A stretch of DNA of 64,000 nt, taken from contig CAZGNC010000002.1 of assembly GCA_964527235.1 (NCBI GenBank), positions 146,381 to 210,380 of the forward strand, read 5' to 3'. The translations under genes and the position numbers were made by a program. Source of the DNA: an uncultured Candidatus Saccharibacteria bacterium (lineage in GTDB: Bacteria; Patescibacteriota; Minisyncoccia; Phycocordibacterales; UBA9973). The notes beneath the pieces are model-generated. The model saw only the letters and a program-made list of their open reading frames with translations. It was not told where the DNA came from and made no database searches. This document shows positions 38,942 to 47,160 of the stretch, piece by piece; position 1 is the first letter of the stretch, and every line of letters begins with the position of its first letter.

Positions 38942-39346
38942 ATGGAACTACAAGTCGGGGTTAAAATTTTATTACAGAATAAAGAAGGGAAATTTTTATT
39001 ACTGCAGAGGAACCTAGATAAATACACTGAAATCAAGAAAAATGATTCCCTGGATATTGTGGGAGGCAGGATAAATATTGGAACCCCGCTTTTAGAAAAT
39101 TTAAAAAGGGAAGTTTTTGAAGAGACTAAGCTAGATTTAAGAGATACCCCTAAGCTTGTGGCTGCACAGGATATTTTAAGACCAGATAAACATGTGGTCA
39201 GGCTTACATACATAGGGCAGATAGAGGGTGAGCCCGAGTTGGATTTCGAGCATACAGAGTATAGATGGCTATCAAGAGATGAAGTTTTGAAACAGCCTGA
39301 CTTAGATCCTTACACCAGAGAGGTTTTTAATAATTTAGATTTCTGA
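38942..39346 (+). CDS. NUDIX hydrolase
   Basis: GGRINIG...LKREVFEETKL; start taken at MELQ. Confidence 0.85.
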   Translation: MELQVGVKILLQNKEGKFLLLQRNLDKYTEIKKNDSLDIVGGRINIGTPLLENLKREVFEETKLDLRDTPKLVAAQDILRPDKHVVRLTYIGQIEGEPELDFEHTEYRWLSRDEVLKQPDLDPYTREVFNNLDF

Positions 39347-39358
39347 TATAGTTTCCCT

Positions 39359-40051
39359 ATGGCAAAAGGGAAATTAATTGTTTTAGATGGGACGGACGGA
39401 TCTGGTAAGGCAACACAGGTTGAGCTTTTGCGGGCACGACTAGTAAAGGAGGGGTATAAAGTTAAAGTTTTGGATTTTCCCGAGTACTATAATAATTTTT
39501 TTGGTAAATTTGTTGGACACTGTCTATCAGAGCAGTACTATAATTGGATAAAAGTTCATCCCAAAATAGCTTCAGTTGTTTATGCTGCAGATAGATGGGA
39601 GTCCAGTGAGAAAATAAGAGGATGGCTTAAGAAGGGCTACATAGTTCTTTCTAATAGGTATGTTTCTGCAAATCAAATTCATCAAGGCGGTAAAATTGCT
39701 AATGCTAAGAAGCGCGCTGCATTCATTGAGTGGCTTGAGGAGATGGAGTATGGGGTGTTTAAAATTCCTAAACCAGACATAGTGGTTTATTTAAGTGTAC
39801 CGATGAAAGTTATCTTAAGGTTAATCAAAGAAAGACAGGAGAAAACTTCACGTGCGTATTTAGGTAAGAGGAAAGACATAGTGGAAGGCGATTTCTCATA
39901 TTTAGAAAATTCGAATAAAGCAGCACTTTGGCTTGCTGATACCCAGAAAGGTTGGGTCAAAATAGATTGTGTTAAAAATGGTGAGATTGATTCTAGGGAG
40001 AATATTCACGAGAAAATTTTTGCAAATATTAAAAAAGTAATTAGAAAATAA
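39359..40051 (+). CDS. tmk: Thymidylate kinase
   Basis: DGTDGSGKATQ, YAADR, NRY. Confidence 0.88.
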   Translation: MAKGKLIVLDGTDGSGKATQVELLRARLVKEGYKVKVLDFPEYYNNFFGKFVGHCLSEQYYNWIKVHPKIASVVYAADRWESSEKIRGWLKKGYIVLSNRYVSANQIHQGGKIANAKKRAAFIEWLEEMEYGVFKIPKPDIVVYLSVPMKVILRLIKERQEKTSRAYLGKRKDIVEGDFSYLENSNKAALWLADTQKGWVKIDCVKNGEIDSRENIHEKIFANIKKVIRK

Positions 40052-40052
40052 A

Positions 40053-40385
40053 ATGGAACTAAACGAATATCAAAAACAAGCTTTAACGACTGCAGCGTAT
40101 GATGATAAATATAAAATCATTTATCCTGCACTGGGTCTTGCAGAGGAGACTGGGGAAGTCGTCGGCAAGGTCAAGAAGTGGTTACGTGGAGATGATGGGG
40201 TAGGAGAGATGAGCGCTGAACGCAAGGAAGCACTTAAGGGCGAGCTCGGAGATGTGCTCTGGTACTTGTCGGTGCTTGCTAGTAACTTAGATATGACACT
40301 TGAGGAGGTTGCTAAGTGGAACGTAGATAAACTACAATCAAGGAAGGCTCGAGGTTTGATAAAGGGCGATGGGGACACAAGGTAA
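40053..40385 (+). CDS. MazG-like NTP pyrophosphohydrolase
   Basis: LGLAEETGEV, ELGDVLWY, N..KL..R. Confidence 0.88.
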   Translation: MELNEYQKQALTTAAYDDKYKIIYPALGLAEETGEVVGKVKKWLRGDDGVGEMSAERKEALKGELGDVLWYLSVLASNLDMTLEEVAKWNVDKLQSRKARGLIKGDGDTR

Positions 40386-40386
40386 T

Positions 40387-42018
40387 ATGCAGATGGAAGA
40401 TAAAATAAAAAAATTAATAAATAAAGCGCTTGAAAATCTTGGCATGGGAGATGTGTCTTTTGTCGTTGAGCATCCTGGAGATGTAAAGATGGGGGACTAT
40501 TCGACTAATGTTGCTATGGCACTAGCCAAGACTGCTAAGTCTAACCCGCGTGAACTCGCAGGTAAAATAGTAGATGAATTAAAAAAAGATTTACCGAAAG
40601 AAATTGAAAAAGTAGAATCCGCAGGTGCAGGTTTTATAAATTTCTATTTATCTCCAGAGTTTTTCTCTAATGCCACAGAAGAAATTTTACAAGATGAGAG
40701 ATTTGGTGCAAACGAGAATTTAAATAAACAAAAGATAATGGTTGAGCATACTGACCCGAATCCTTTCAAGGAGTTTCACGTGGGTCACTTGATGCCCAAC
40801 GTCATAGGCTCTACTATAGCGCGAATCTTAGAATGGAATGGTGGAGAAGTTAGCCAGGCATGTTATCAGGGCGACGTCGGTATGCATGTGGCGAAAGCAG
40901 TTTGGGCCTTGATGCAAGGCTCTGACATCAAGACCGCTTATGCTGATGGATCACGAGCATTTACAGAAAGCGAAGAGCACAAGAAAGAAATTCAAGAAAT
41001 AAACAAGAAGATATATCAGAAGACAGACAAAGAAATAAATAAAATTTACGAAGATGGACGCAAGGAGAGCCTTGAGTATTTCGACTCAATGTACAAGATG
41101 CTCGGGCAGAGCTTCGACTATTTCTTCTTTGAGTCTGAGGTCGCGGGTAAGGGTAAAGAAATAGTAGAGCAAAATATTGGTAAAGTCTTCGAAAGTGGGG
41201 ATGGTGGAGCGGTAGTGTTCAAAGCAGAGAATTTCGACAAGAGTCTTCACACTCGTGTGTTCATAAACGGCGAAGGTCTGCCGACTTATGAGGCGAAAGA
41301 GCTGGGTCTCGCTGAAATAAAATACGAAAAATATAAATATGATAAATCAATAGTAATAACTGGTAACGAGATAAATGATTATTTTAAAGTTTTGCTTTGT
41401 GCAATGAAGCAGATTTTCCCGGAGCTTGCTTCGAAGACTCTGCACTTCTCGCACGGTATGCTCCGCCTCCCTACAGGCAAGATGAGTTCTCGCACTGGCG
41501 ACGTCATAACCGCAGAAAGTTTGATAGAAATGCTTAAAGATAAAGTGAAAGGCGATGAGAGAGTGGCGATAGGTGCTATCAAGTATATGATCCTCAGGCA
41601 GTCTGTCGGCGGAGATATAATTTTCGATATTGAGAAGTCTGTATCTACCGAAGGTGACTCGGGCGTGTATCTACAGTACTCTCACGCGCGTGCGCATTCG
41701 ATACTAGAGAAAGCTAAAGAAGAAAGTATAAAGCCTGATGCCACTATCCCAGACGGCTGGGCAACGACCGAAGTCGAGAGACTGCTTTATAGATTTCCTG
41801 AAGTCGTTACTCGTGCAGGAGAAGAGTTCGCTCCGCACTATATAGTGAACTACCTCACCGAGCTTGCACGTGCTTATAATAGCTTCTATGGCAACAACCT
41901 AATAGTGAAAGCAGGGGATGATACTTCGCCTTACAAAGTCGCTCTAAGTGAGGCCTTCGCTACTGTTATGAAAAACGGGCTCACAATTCTCGGTATCGAT
42001 GCCCCAGATAGGATGTAG
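40387..42018 (+). CDS. argS: Arginine--tRNA ligase
   Basis: GDYSTN, PNPFKEFHVGH, KMSSRTG, YLQYSHAR; start 40387 or 40393. Confidence 0.95.
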   Translation: MQMEDKIKKLINKALENLGMGDVSFVVEHPGDVKMGDYSTNVAMALAKTAKSNPRELAGKIVDELKKDLPKEIEKVESAGAGFINFYLSPEFFSNATEEILQDERFGANENLNKQKIMVEHTDPNPFKEFHVGHLMPNVIGSTIARILEWNGGEVSQACYQGDVGMHVAKAVWALMQGSDIKTAYADGSRAFTESEEHKKEIQEINKKIYQKTDKEINKIYEDGRKESLEYFDSMYKMLGQSFDYFFFESEVAGKGKEIVEQNIGKVFESGDGGAVVFKAENFDKSLHTRVFINGEGLPTYEAKELGLAEIKYEKYKYDKSIVITGNEINDYFKVLLCAMKQIFPELASKTLHFSHGMLRLPTGKMSSRTGDVITAESLIEMLKDKVKGDERVAIGAIKYMILRQSVGGDIIFDIEKSVSTEGDSGVYLQYSHARAHSILEKAKEESIKPDATIPDGWATTEVERLLYRFPEVVTRAGEEFAPHYIVNYLTELARAYNSFYGNNLIVKAGDDTSPYKVALSEAFATVMKNGLTILGIDAPDRM

Positions 42019-42047
42019 TTGCTTTTTAGTGTAGAGTGTGTTATAAT
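42019..42047 (+). promoter_or_regulatory. sigma70-type promoter of cassette 3
   Basis: TTGCTT (42019-42024), 17 nt, TATAAT (42042-42047) with extended TG, directly after the argS stop. Confidence 0.78.
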
Positions 42048-42077
42048 ATACGTGAACCATTCACAGGAGTTTTTTGC

Positions 42078-42305
42078 ATGCTGATCGGGCTCGACGCTAA
42101 GGGAGTGGAGGAAATCGAGGAGATGGATAGGATGGGGCGCAGAAACCCACGGCTTGTTGCCGCTGCGGTTCGACGCACCAACCCTCCGGTAGACGACCCG
42201 CGGTTCGCAGCGCAGGTCGTTCGGGCAGCAAATGCCACCGTTGTCTTCAAGCAGGCCGTGCTGATCGCGATCAGTGCAGCGCTGGCGCGGCGAGGCAGTA
42301 AGTAG
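42078..42305 (+). CDS. Small GC-rich Ala/Arg-rich hypothetical protein (75 aa)
   Basis: AGGAG at 42065-42069, 8 nt before ATG; own promoter and terminator; 41/60 G+C in 42181-42240. Confidence 0.65.
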   Translation: MLIGLDAKGVEEIEEMDRMGRRNPRLVAAAVRRTNPPVDDPRFAAQVVRAANATVVFKQAVLIAISAALARRGSK

Positions 42306-42319
42306 GCAACATCAAGATG

Positions 42320-42356
42320 GGGGCAGTCGCAGTCGCGACTGCCCCGTTTGCTTTTT
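42320..42356 (+). terminator. Terminator of cassette 3
   Basis: GGGGCAGTCGC-AGTC-GCGACTGCCCC (perfect 11 bp) then GTTTGCTTTTT. Confidence 0.85.
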
Positions 42357-42399
42357 ATATTTACTTTAAGTTTAATTTTGCTACTATATTATGTATAAG

Positions 42400-42563
42400 C
42401 ATTGAAGGGGCTATCACCCCTGAGCTTTGGGAAGAAAGCCGAAAGGTGAGTAGAACCCTTAAATGAGAAGCCCCGCGAGAGGCGGGTAACAAGCAAGGTG
42501 GTACCACGGGGAAACTCGTCCTTGAGTTATAACTTAGGTTGTAATTCGTGGACGAGTTTTTTT
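42400..42563 (+). ncRNA. T-box riboswitch (Ile) upstream of ileS
   Basis: Antiterminator AAGG-TGGTACC-ACG...CGT-CCTT (42495-42523); terminator AAACTCGTCC...GGACGAGTTT plus T-tract; ATC in the loop of a short first hairpin. Confidence 0.88.
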
Positions 42564-42575
42564 ATTTTTAATAAT

Positions 42576-45500
42576 ATGGAAGAAAAAAATATAACAAAAA
42601 AGAGTGATGTAGTGCTTCGCGAGGAGCGTGTTTTGAATTTCTGGAAGGAGCAAAGAATTTTCACAAAGTCAGTAGAAGCAAATGAAGGCAAGCCAGAATT
42701 TGTATTCTATGAAGGTCCACCTACAGCCAACGGCAAGCCTGGCATTCACCACCTCGAAGCTCGCGCATTTAAGGATGCGATACCTAGATACAAGACCATG
42801 CGAGGATTTCATGTGCGCAGGAAGGGTGGCTGGGATACGCACGGGTTGCCGGTAGAGCTTCAAGTAGAGAAGAAGCTAGGGCTTAATTCCAAGAAAGCCA
42901 TAGAGGAATTCGGCATTGATAAATTCAACCAAGAGTGCAAGAAGAGTGTCTGGGAGTATCTAGAGATTTGGAATAAATTTACCGAGCGTATTGGTTACTG
43001 GGTGGATCAAGATAATCCATATGTGACCTATCACAACAATTACATCGAGTCTGTCTGGAGTATTCTTGAGAAAGTTAACAATCAGAAATTACTTTATAAA
43101 GATTATAAAGTTGTGCCTTGGTGCCCACGTTGCGAGACCGCTCTTTCTTCTCACGAGCTCGCCCAGGGGTACGAAGATGTGAAAGATCTTTCTATCACGG
43201 CGAAATTTAAACTTACCAACTCCGCCAGTGAAAAATTTTTTCAGGTCCTCGGAAAAAATCCCCAGACCGTTCAAAAATCTTCCCCTGGCTCCGTTTTCAT
43301 ACTTGCTTGGACCACGACTCCTTGGACATTGCCTGGCAACATAGCGCTTGCTGTAGGGGAAGATATAGATTATGTGTTAGTTAAAGTCGAAAATGATTTT
43401 GTGATTTTGGCGAAAGAGCGCCTAGCGAAAGTTGCAGAAGGACATGAAGTTCTAGGTGAATTAAAAGGTAAGGATTTGGTGGGTTTAGAATACGAACCAC
43501 TTTTCCCATATCTTAGAAATTTATTACAGCAAGAAGGTGAGTCTATAGAGAAAGCTTTCAAGGTTTATTCTGCTGACTTTGTGACTACTGAGGACGGTAC
43601 TGGTGTGGTGCATACTGCTGTTATGTACGGGCAGGACGACTTCGAGCTTGGTACGAAATTAGGTTTGCCCAAGATTCATTTAGTTAGTCCTGATGGTAAA
43701 TTTGTGAAAGGCACAAGCTTCCTAGAAGGTAGATTTGTGCGCGAAGAAATAGATGGCAAGCCAACTTTAGCAGTTGATCTTATTAAAGAATTACAAGCTA
43801 AGAATTTATTCTTTAGTAAAGAAAATTATCTGCACTCATATCCGCATTGCTGGCGTTGTCACACTGCACTTATCTACTACGCTAGAGATTCTTGGTACAT
43901 TAGAATGTCTGACCCAGATGTCAAAGGCAGGCTGATCAGTGAAAACAAGAAGATAAACTGGGAGCCAGAGCATACTCGCGAAGGGCGTTTCGGTGAGTGG
44001 CTCAAGGATATAAAAGATTGGGCCGTGTCTCGTGAGCGTTATTGGGGAACTCCGCTTCCTGTATGGGAGTGTTTTCGATGTGATAATAGAAGCGTCATCG
44101 GCGGGCTCGAAGATTTGAAAAATAAGTCCAAGAAATCTGGTAATAAATATTTCGTAATGCGTCATGGTGAAGCCGAGAAGAATGTTAAAAATATAATAAA
44201 TTCTACCAACGATAATCCTTCGCCTCTGACTGCGAAAGGTAGGGAGCGTGCCAAAGACGGCGCTAAGAATATAGGAGAAAAGATTGATCTTATTTTTGCT
44301 TCACCACTTTTACGCACTCAAGAAACTGCGAAAATAGCTGCCGAAGAACTCGGCCTATCTCCAAAAGAAATAATAACTGACGACAGGCTTATAGAAATTC
44401 AGTCAGGAGTTCTGAATGATAAACCAATAACAGAATTCAGAAGTTTCTTCGCTTCGCACTCTGATCGTTTCCATCAGGCCCCAGATGGTGGAGAGAACTT
44501 AACCCAGGTTAAAAGACGAATGGGGGAATTCTTGTACGACATAGACAAGAAGTATGCTGATAAAAATATTTTAATTGTGAGCCATGAAGATTCTATATGG
44601 ATGCTTGAGGCTGCTGCCAAGGGTCTCGATAGTTACGGCAGTAGCTTGTTGTGGTTGCCTGGAGGTAAGAACTTTATAGACATGGGAGAGGCGCGAGAGA
44701 TAGAATTCACACCAATACCTCACAACCAGGATTGCGAGCTTGATTTCCATCGTCCATTTATCGACGAGATAAAGCTTGTATGTGATTGTGGAGGAGAGAT
44801 GACTCGCGTGAAAGAAGTTATGGATGTATGGTTCGACTCAGGTGCGATGCCTTTCGCCCAGGATCATTATCCTTTCGAGAATAAAAAGTGGGTAGATGGT
44901 GATGGTTTCCCTGCAGACTATATCTCTGAGGCAATAGATCAGACTCGAGGCTGGTTCTATACTCTGCATGCTATTGGGGTGCTGATGGGTAAAGGTCAGG
45001 CATATAAGAATGTTATTTGCTTGGGACACTTGCTAGATGCTAATGGGAAGAAGATGTCTAAGTCTTTGGGCAACGTAGTGGACCCTTGGGATATGATAGA
45101 GAAGTACGGTGTAGATACCTTGAGACTCTGGATGTATTCAGTGAATCAACCTGGTGAGTCAAAGAACTTCGATGAGAAGACCGTGGCGTTACTAAATCAG
45201 CAAGTGTTCGGTTTGCTCTACAACGTCTTGGCTTTTTATGAGCTTTATCGAGATAAAAGTTTAGAAAATAAAACTGAAAACATTGAGCCAGATAATATTC
45301 TGGATCAATGGATTTTGGTACGTTTAGTTGAGCTGTCTAATCTCTGTACTGAGAATATGGATGAGTACAGGCTTCTCGAACCTGTGCGTGCCATAAGGGA
45401 TTTCGTAAATGATTTGTCGACTTGGTACCTACGACGTTCTCGCGACACAATAAAAGGAGGAGATGAGAGCACCAAGCAGACATTGTATTTTGTGCTTAAA

Positions 45501-46115
45501 ACCTTAGCTAAAATCATGGCTCCATTTGCTCCACTCGCATCTGAGGATATATGGATAAAGTTAAGAAATGAAAGTGATGTAGAAAGCGTGCACCTAGCCT
45601 CATGGCCAGACGTGGCAGATATGGGTCGCTATGATGTTGTAGAATTTATGCAGAGGACTCGCGAGATAGTGTCTCTTGGTCTTGAAGCGCGACAACAAGC
45701 CAAGATTCAAGTTCGTCAGCCACTAGCGAAAATAACTGTAAAGAATTTGAAATTAAAAGAAGAATTTATTGCTCTAATCAAAGAAGAATTAAATGTTAAA
45801 GAAGTTGTTGAAGACAATAGTATCGAGAAAGAAGTAGAGCTTGATACTGTTATAACTCCTGAGCTAAAAGCTGAAGGGGATTATCGCGAGTTCGTTAGAG
45901 CGCTACAAGAAGCTCGCAAGAAGCAAGGACTCAACCCTAGCCAGCCAGTGAAGATAACTATAAATGCTACCAAAGAAGGCAAGGAGTTACTTAAGAAATT
46001 CTCTAAAGATTTACAGAAAGTCGTACTCGCGGTGAAGATAGAGGTAAAGAAAACTGAAGGTGAAGAGATCAAAATAGGTAAAATTGTTTTTAAGGTAAAA
46101 ATTGAGAAGAAATAA
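42576..46115 (+). CDS. ileS: Isoleucine--tRNA ligase (type 2) with inserted histidine-phosphatase domain
   Basis: GPPTANGKPGIHH, GWDTHGLPVE, WTTTPWTLP, SRERYWGTP, DQTRGWFY, KMSKS; RHG at 44160-44168; start taken at MEEK after the T-box. Confidence 0.95.
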   Translation: MEEKNITKKSDVVLREERVLNFWKEQRIFTKSVEANEGKPEFVFYEGPPTANGKPGIHHLEARAFKDAIPRYKTMRGFHVRRKGGWDTHGLPVELQVEKKLGLNSKKAIEEFGIDKFNQECKKSVWEYLEIWNKFTERIGYWVDQDNPYVTYHNNYIESVWSILEKVNNQKLLYKDYKVVPWCPRCETALSSHELAQGYEDVKDLSITAKFKLTNSASEKFFQVLGKNPQTVQKSSPGSVFILAWTTTPWTLPGNIALAVGEDIDYVLVKVENDFVILAKERLAKVAEGHEVLGELKGKDLVGLEYEPLFPYLRNLLQQEGESIEKAFKVYSADFVTTEDGTGVVHTAVMYGQDDFELGTKLGLPKIHLVSPDGKFVKGTSFLEGRFVREEIDGKPTLAVDLIKELQAKNLFFSKENYLHSYPHCWRCHTALIYYARDSWYIRMSDPDVKGRLISENKKINWEPEHTREGRFGEWLKDIKDWAVSRERYWGTPLPVWECFRCDNRSVIGGLEDLKNKSKKSGNKYFVMRHGEAEKNVKNIINSTNDNPSPLTAKGRERAKDGAKNIGEKIDLIFASPLLRTQETAKIAAEELGLSPKEIITDDRLIEIQSGVLNDKPITEFRSFFASHSDRFHQAPDGGENLTQVKRRMGEFLYDIDKKYADKNILIVSHEDSIWMLEAAAKGLDSYGSSLLWLPGGKNFIDMGEAREIEFTPIPHNQDCELDFHRPFIDEIKLVCDCGGEMTRVKEVMDVWFDSGAMPFAQDHYPFENKKWVDGDGFPADYISEAIDQTRGWFYTLHAIGVLMGKGQAYKNVICLGHLLDANGKKMSKSLGNVVDPWDMIEKYGVDTLRLWMYSVNQPGESKNFDEKTVALLNQQVFGLLYNVLAFYELYRDKSLENKTENIEPDNILDQWILVRLVELSNLCTENMDEYRLLEPVRAIRDFVNDLSTWYLRRSRDTIKGGDESTKQTLYFVLKTLAKIMAPFAPLASEDIWIKLRNESDVESVHLASWPDVADMGRYDVVEFMQRTREIVSLGLEARQQAKIQVRQPLAKITVKNLKLKEEFIALIKEELNVKEVVEDNSIEKEVELDTVITPELKAEGDYREFVRALQEARKKQGLNPSQPVKITINATKEGKELLKKFSKDLQKVVLAVKIEVKKTEGEEIKIGKIVFKVKIEKK

Positions 46116-46146
46116 AGTCTTAAAAGTTTTGTGGTAAAATAGAGGA

Positions 46147-46539
46147 ATGAAGACGATTTTGGTTGATGGAGCTTATACTTTTACTATAGAAAAAGATGGG
46201 CATTTTGTGATTTTTTCGGAGATGCAGGATTTATTAGAAAGATATCCAAATAGAAAGATAATTTTAACCGGGGCAGATAAAGAAAAACAAAAATTCTACG
46301 CCTTAGATCAGGTCCCTTATGAGCTTTTTACACTCAATCATAATCCACCTAAAACTAACCCAGAATATTACAGGACCATGCTCAACACACTTCAACTAGA
46401 TCCTGCTGATTTGGTTTACTTTGAACACACCCTCGAAGCTGTAAAAAGCGCCCAGTCTGTTGGCATTAATACTTATTTTTACGATGATAACAAGAAAGAT
46501 TTAGTAGGACTAAAGAAATTTCTCGACGAGAATTTGTAA
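46147..46539 (+). CDS. HAD-like hydrolase (short, degenerate)
   Basis: ILVDG N-terminus, PPKTNPEYY, YFEH...VKSAQSVGI. Confidence 0.6.
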   Translation: MKTILVDGAYTFTIEKDGHFVIFSEMQDLLERYPNRKIILTGADKEKQKFYALDQVPYELFTLNHNPPKTNPEYYRTMLNTLQLDPADLVYFEHTLEAVKSAQSVGINTYFYDDNKKDLVGLKKFLDENL

Positions 46540-47120
46540 TGCACCACATTTATCACACAGAAGGCATAATACTAAGTAGCAGGAATTTCGGAGAATCGGG
46601 GAAGTATTATCATATCCTCACTCGAGATTTGGGGCTTGTGATGGCTTCGGCTTCAGGCGTGCGCAAGATGTCATCGAAATTGCGATTTATATTGCAGGAC
46701 TTTTCTTATTTGAAAATTGATTTAGTGAAAGGCAAAGACTTCTGGCGAGTCACCAGTGCTTCTAAGACTAATGTTTTAGAAGACATCACCAAGAAGCCTG
46801 AGATATTTGCGATCTTAGCGAACATATCGCGCTTGCTCAAGCGACTTCTCCCAGGAGAAGAATTTAACGAAAGTTTATTTACTGATTTAGTGCATGGTCT
46901 AGATGTTTTAGCTAAAGCCAAGACTAAAGAAGAATTGCGCAACATCGAAGCGGTTATGGTTTTGCGTATTTTGAATAGTTTGGGATATATAGGGGACAGT
47001 GAAGCATTGAAAGATCTAGTAAGTTCGCCTTTCGTGTATGACATTCTCCACGAAGTTGGTGCTAAGAGGGTGCATATACTCTCAGAGATAAACAAAGCCC
47101 TAAAGGAAACTCAGCTTTAA
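46539..47120 (+). CDS. recO: DNA repair protein RecO
   Basis: TEGIIL...GESGK...LTRDLG...ASGVRK..SKL OB-fold N-terminus. Confidence 0.85.
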   Translation: MHHIYHTEGIILSSRNFGESGKYYHILTRDLGLVMASASGVRKMSSKLRFILQDFSYLKIDLVKGKDFWRVTSASKTNVLEDITKKPEIFAILANISRLLKRLLPGEEFNESLFTDLVHGLDVLAKAKTKEELRNIEAVMVLRILNSLGYIGDSEALKDLVSSPFVYDILHEVGAKRVHILSEINKALKETQL

Positions 47121-47160
47121 GACATTTTTTAAATCTCTTTTAGAGTGTTATAATTAACCA

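Noticed and set aside
42036-42077. GTG start extending the cassette 3 ORF to 89 aa
   Set aside because: Lies within the promoter; ATG 42078 has the AGGAG
42498-42575. N-terminal extension of ileS in the ORF track
   Set aside because: This is the T-box antiterminator/terminator; the likely start is 42576
46141-46146. AGAGGA as a Shine-Dalgarno for the HAD-like gene
   Set aside because: Directly abuts the ATG and is the 6-nt spacer after the -10 box, so probably not in the mRNA
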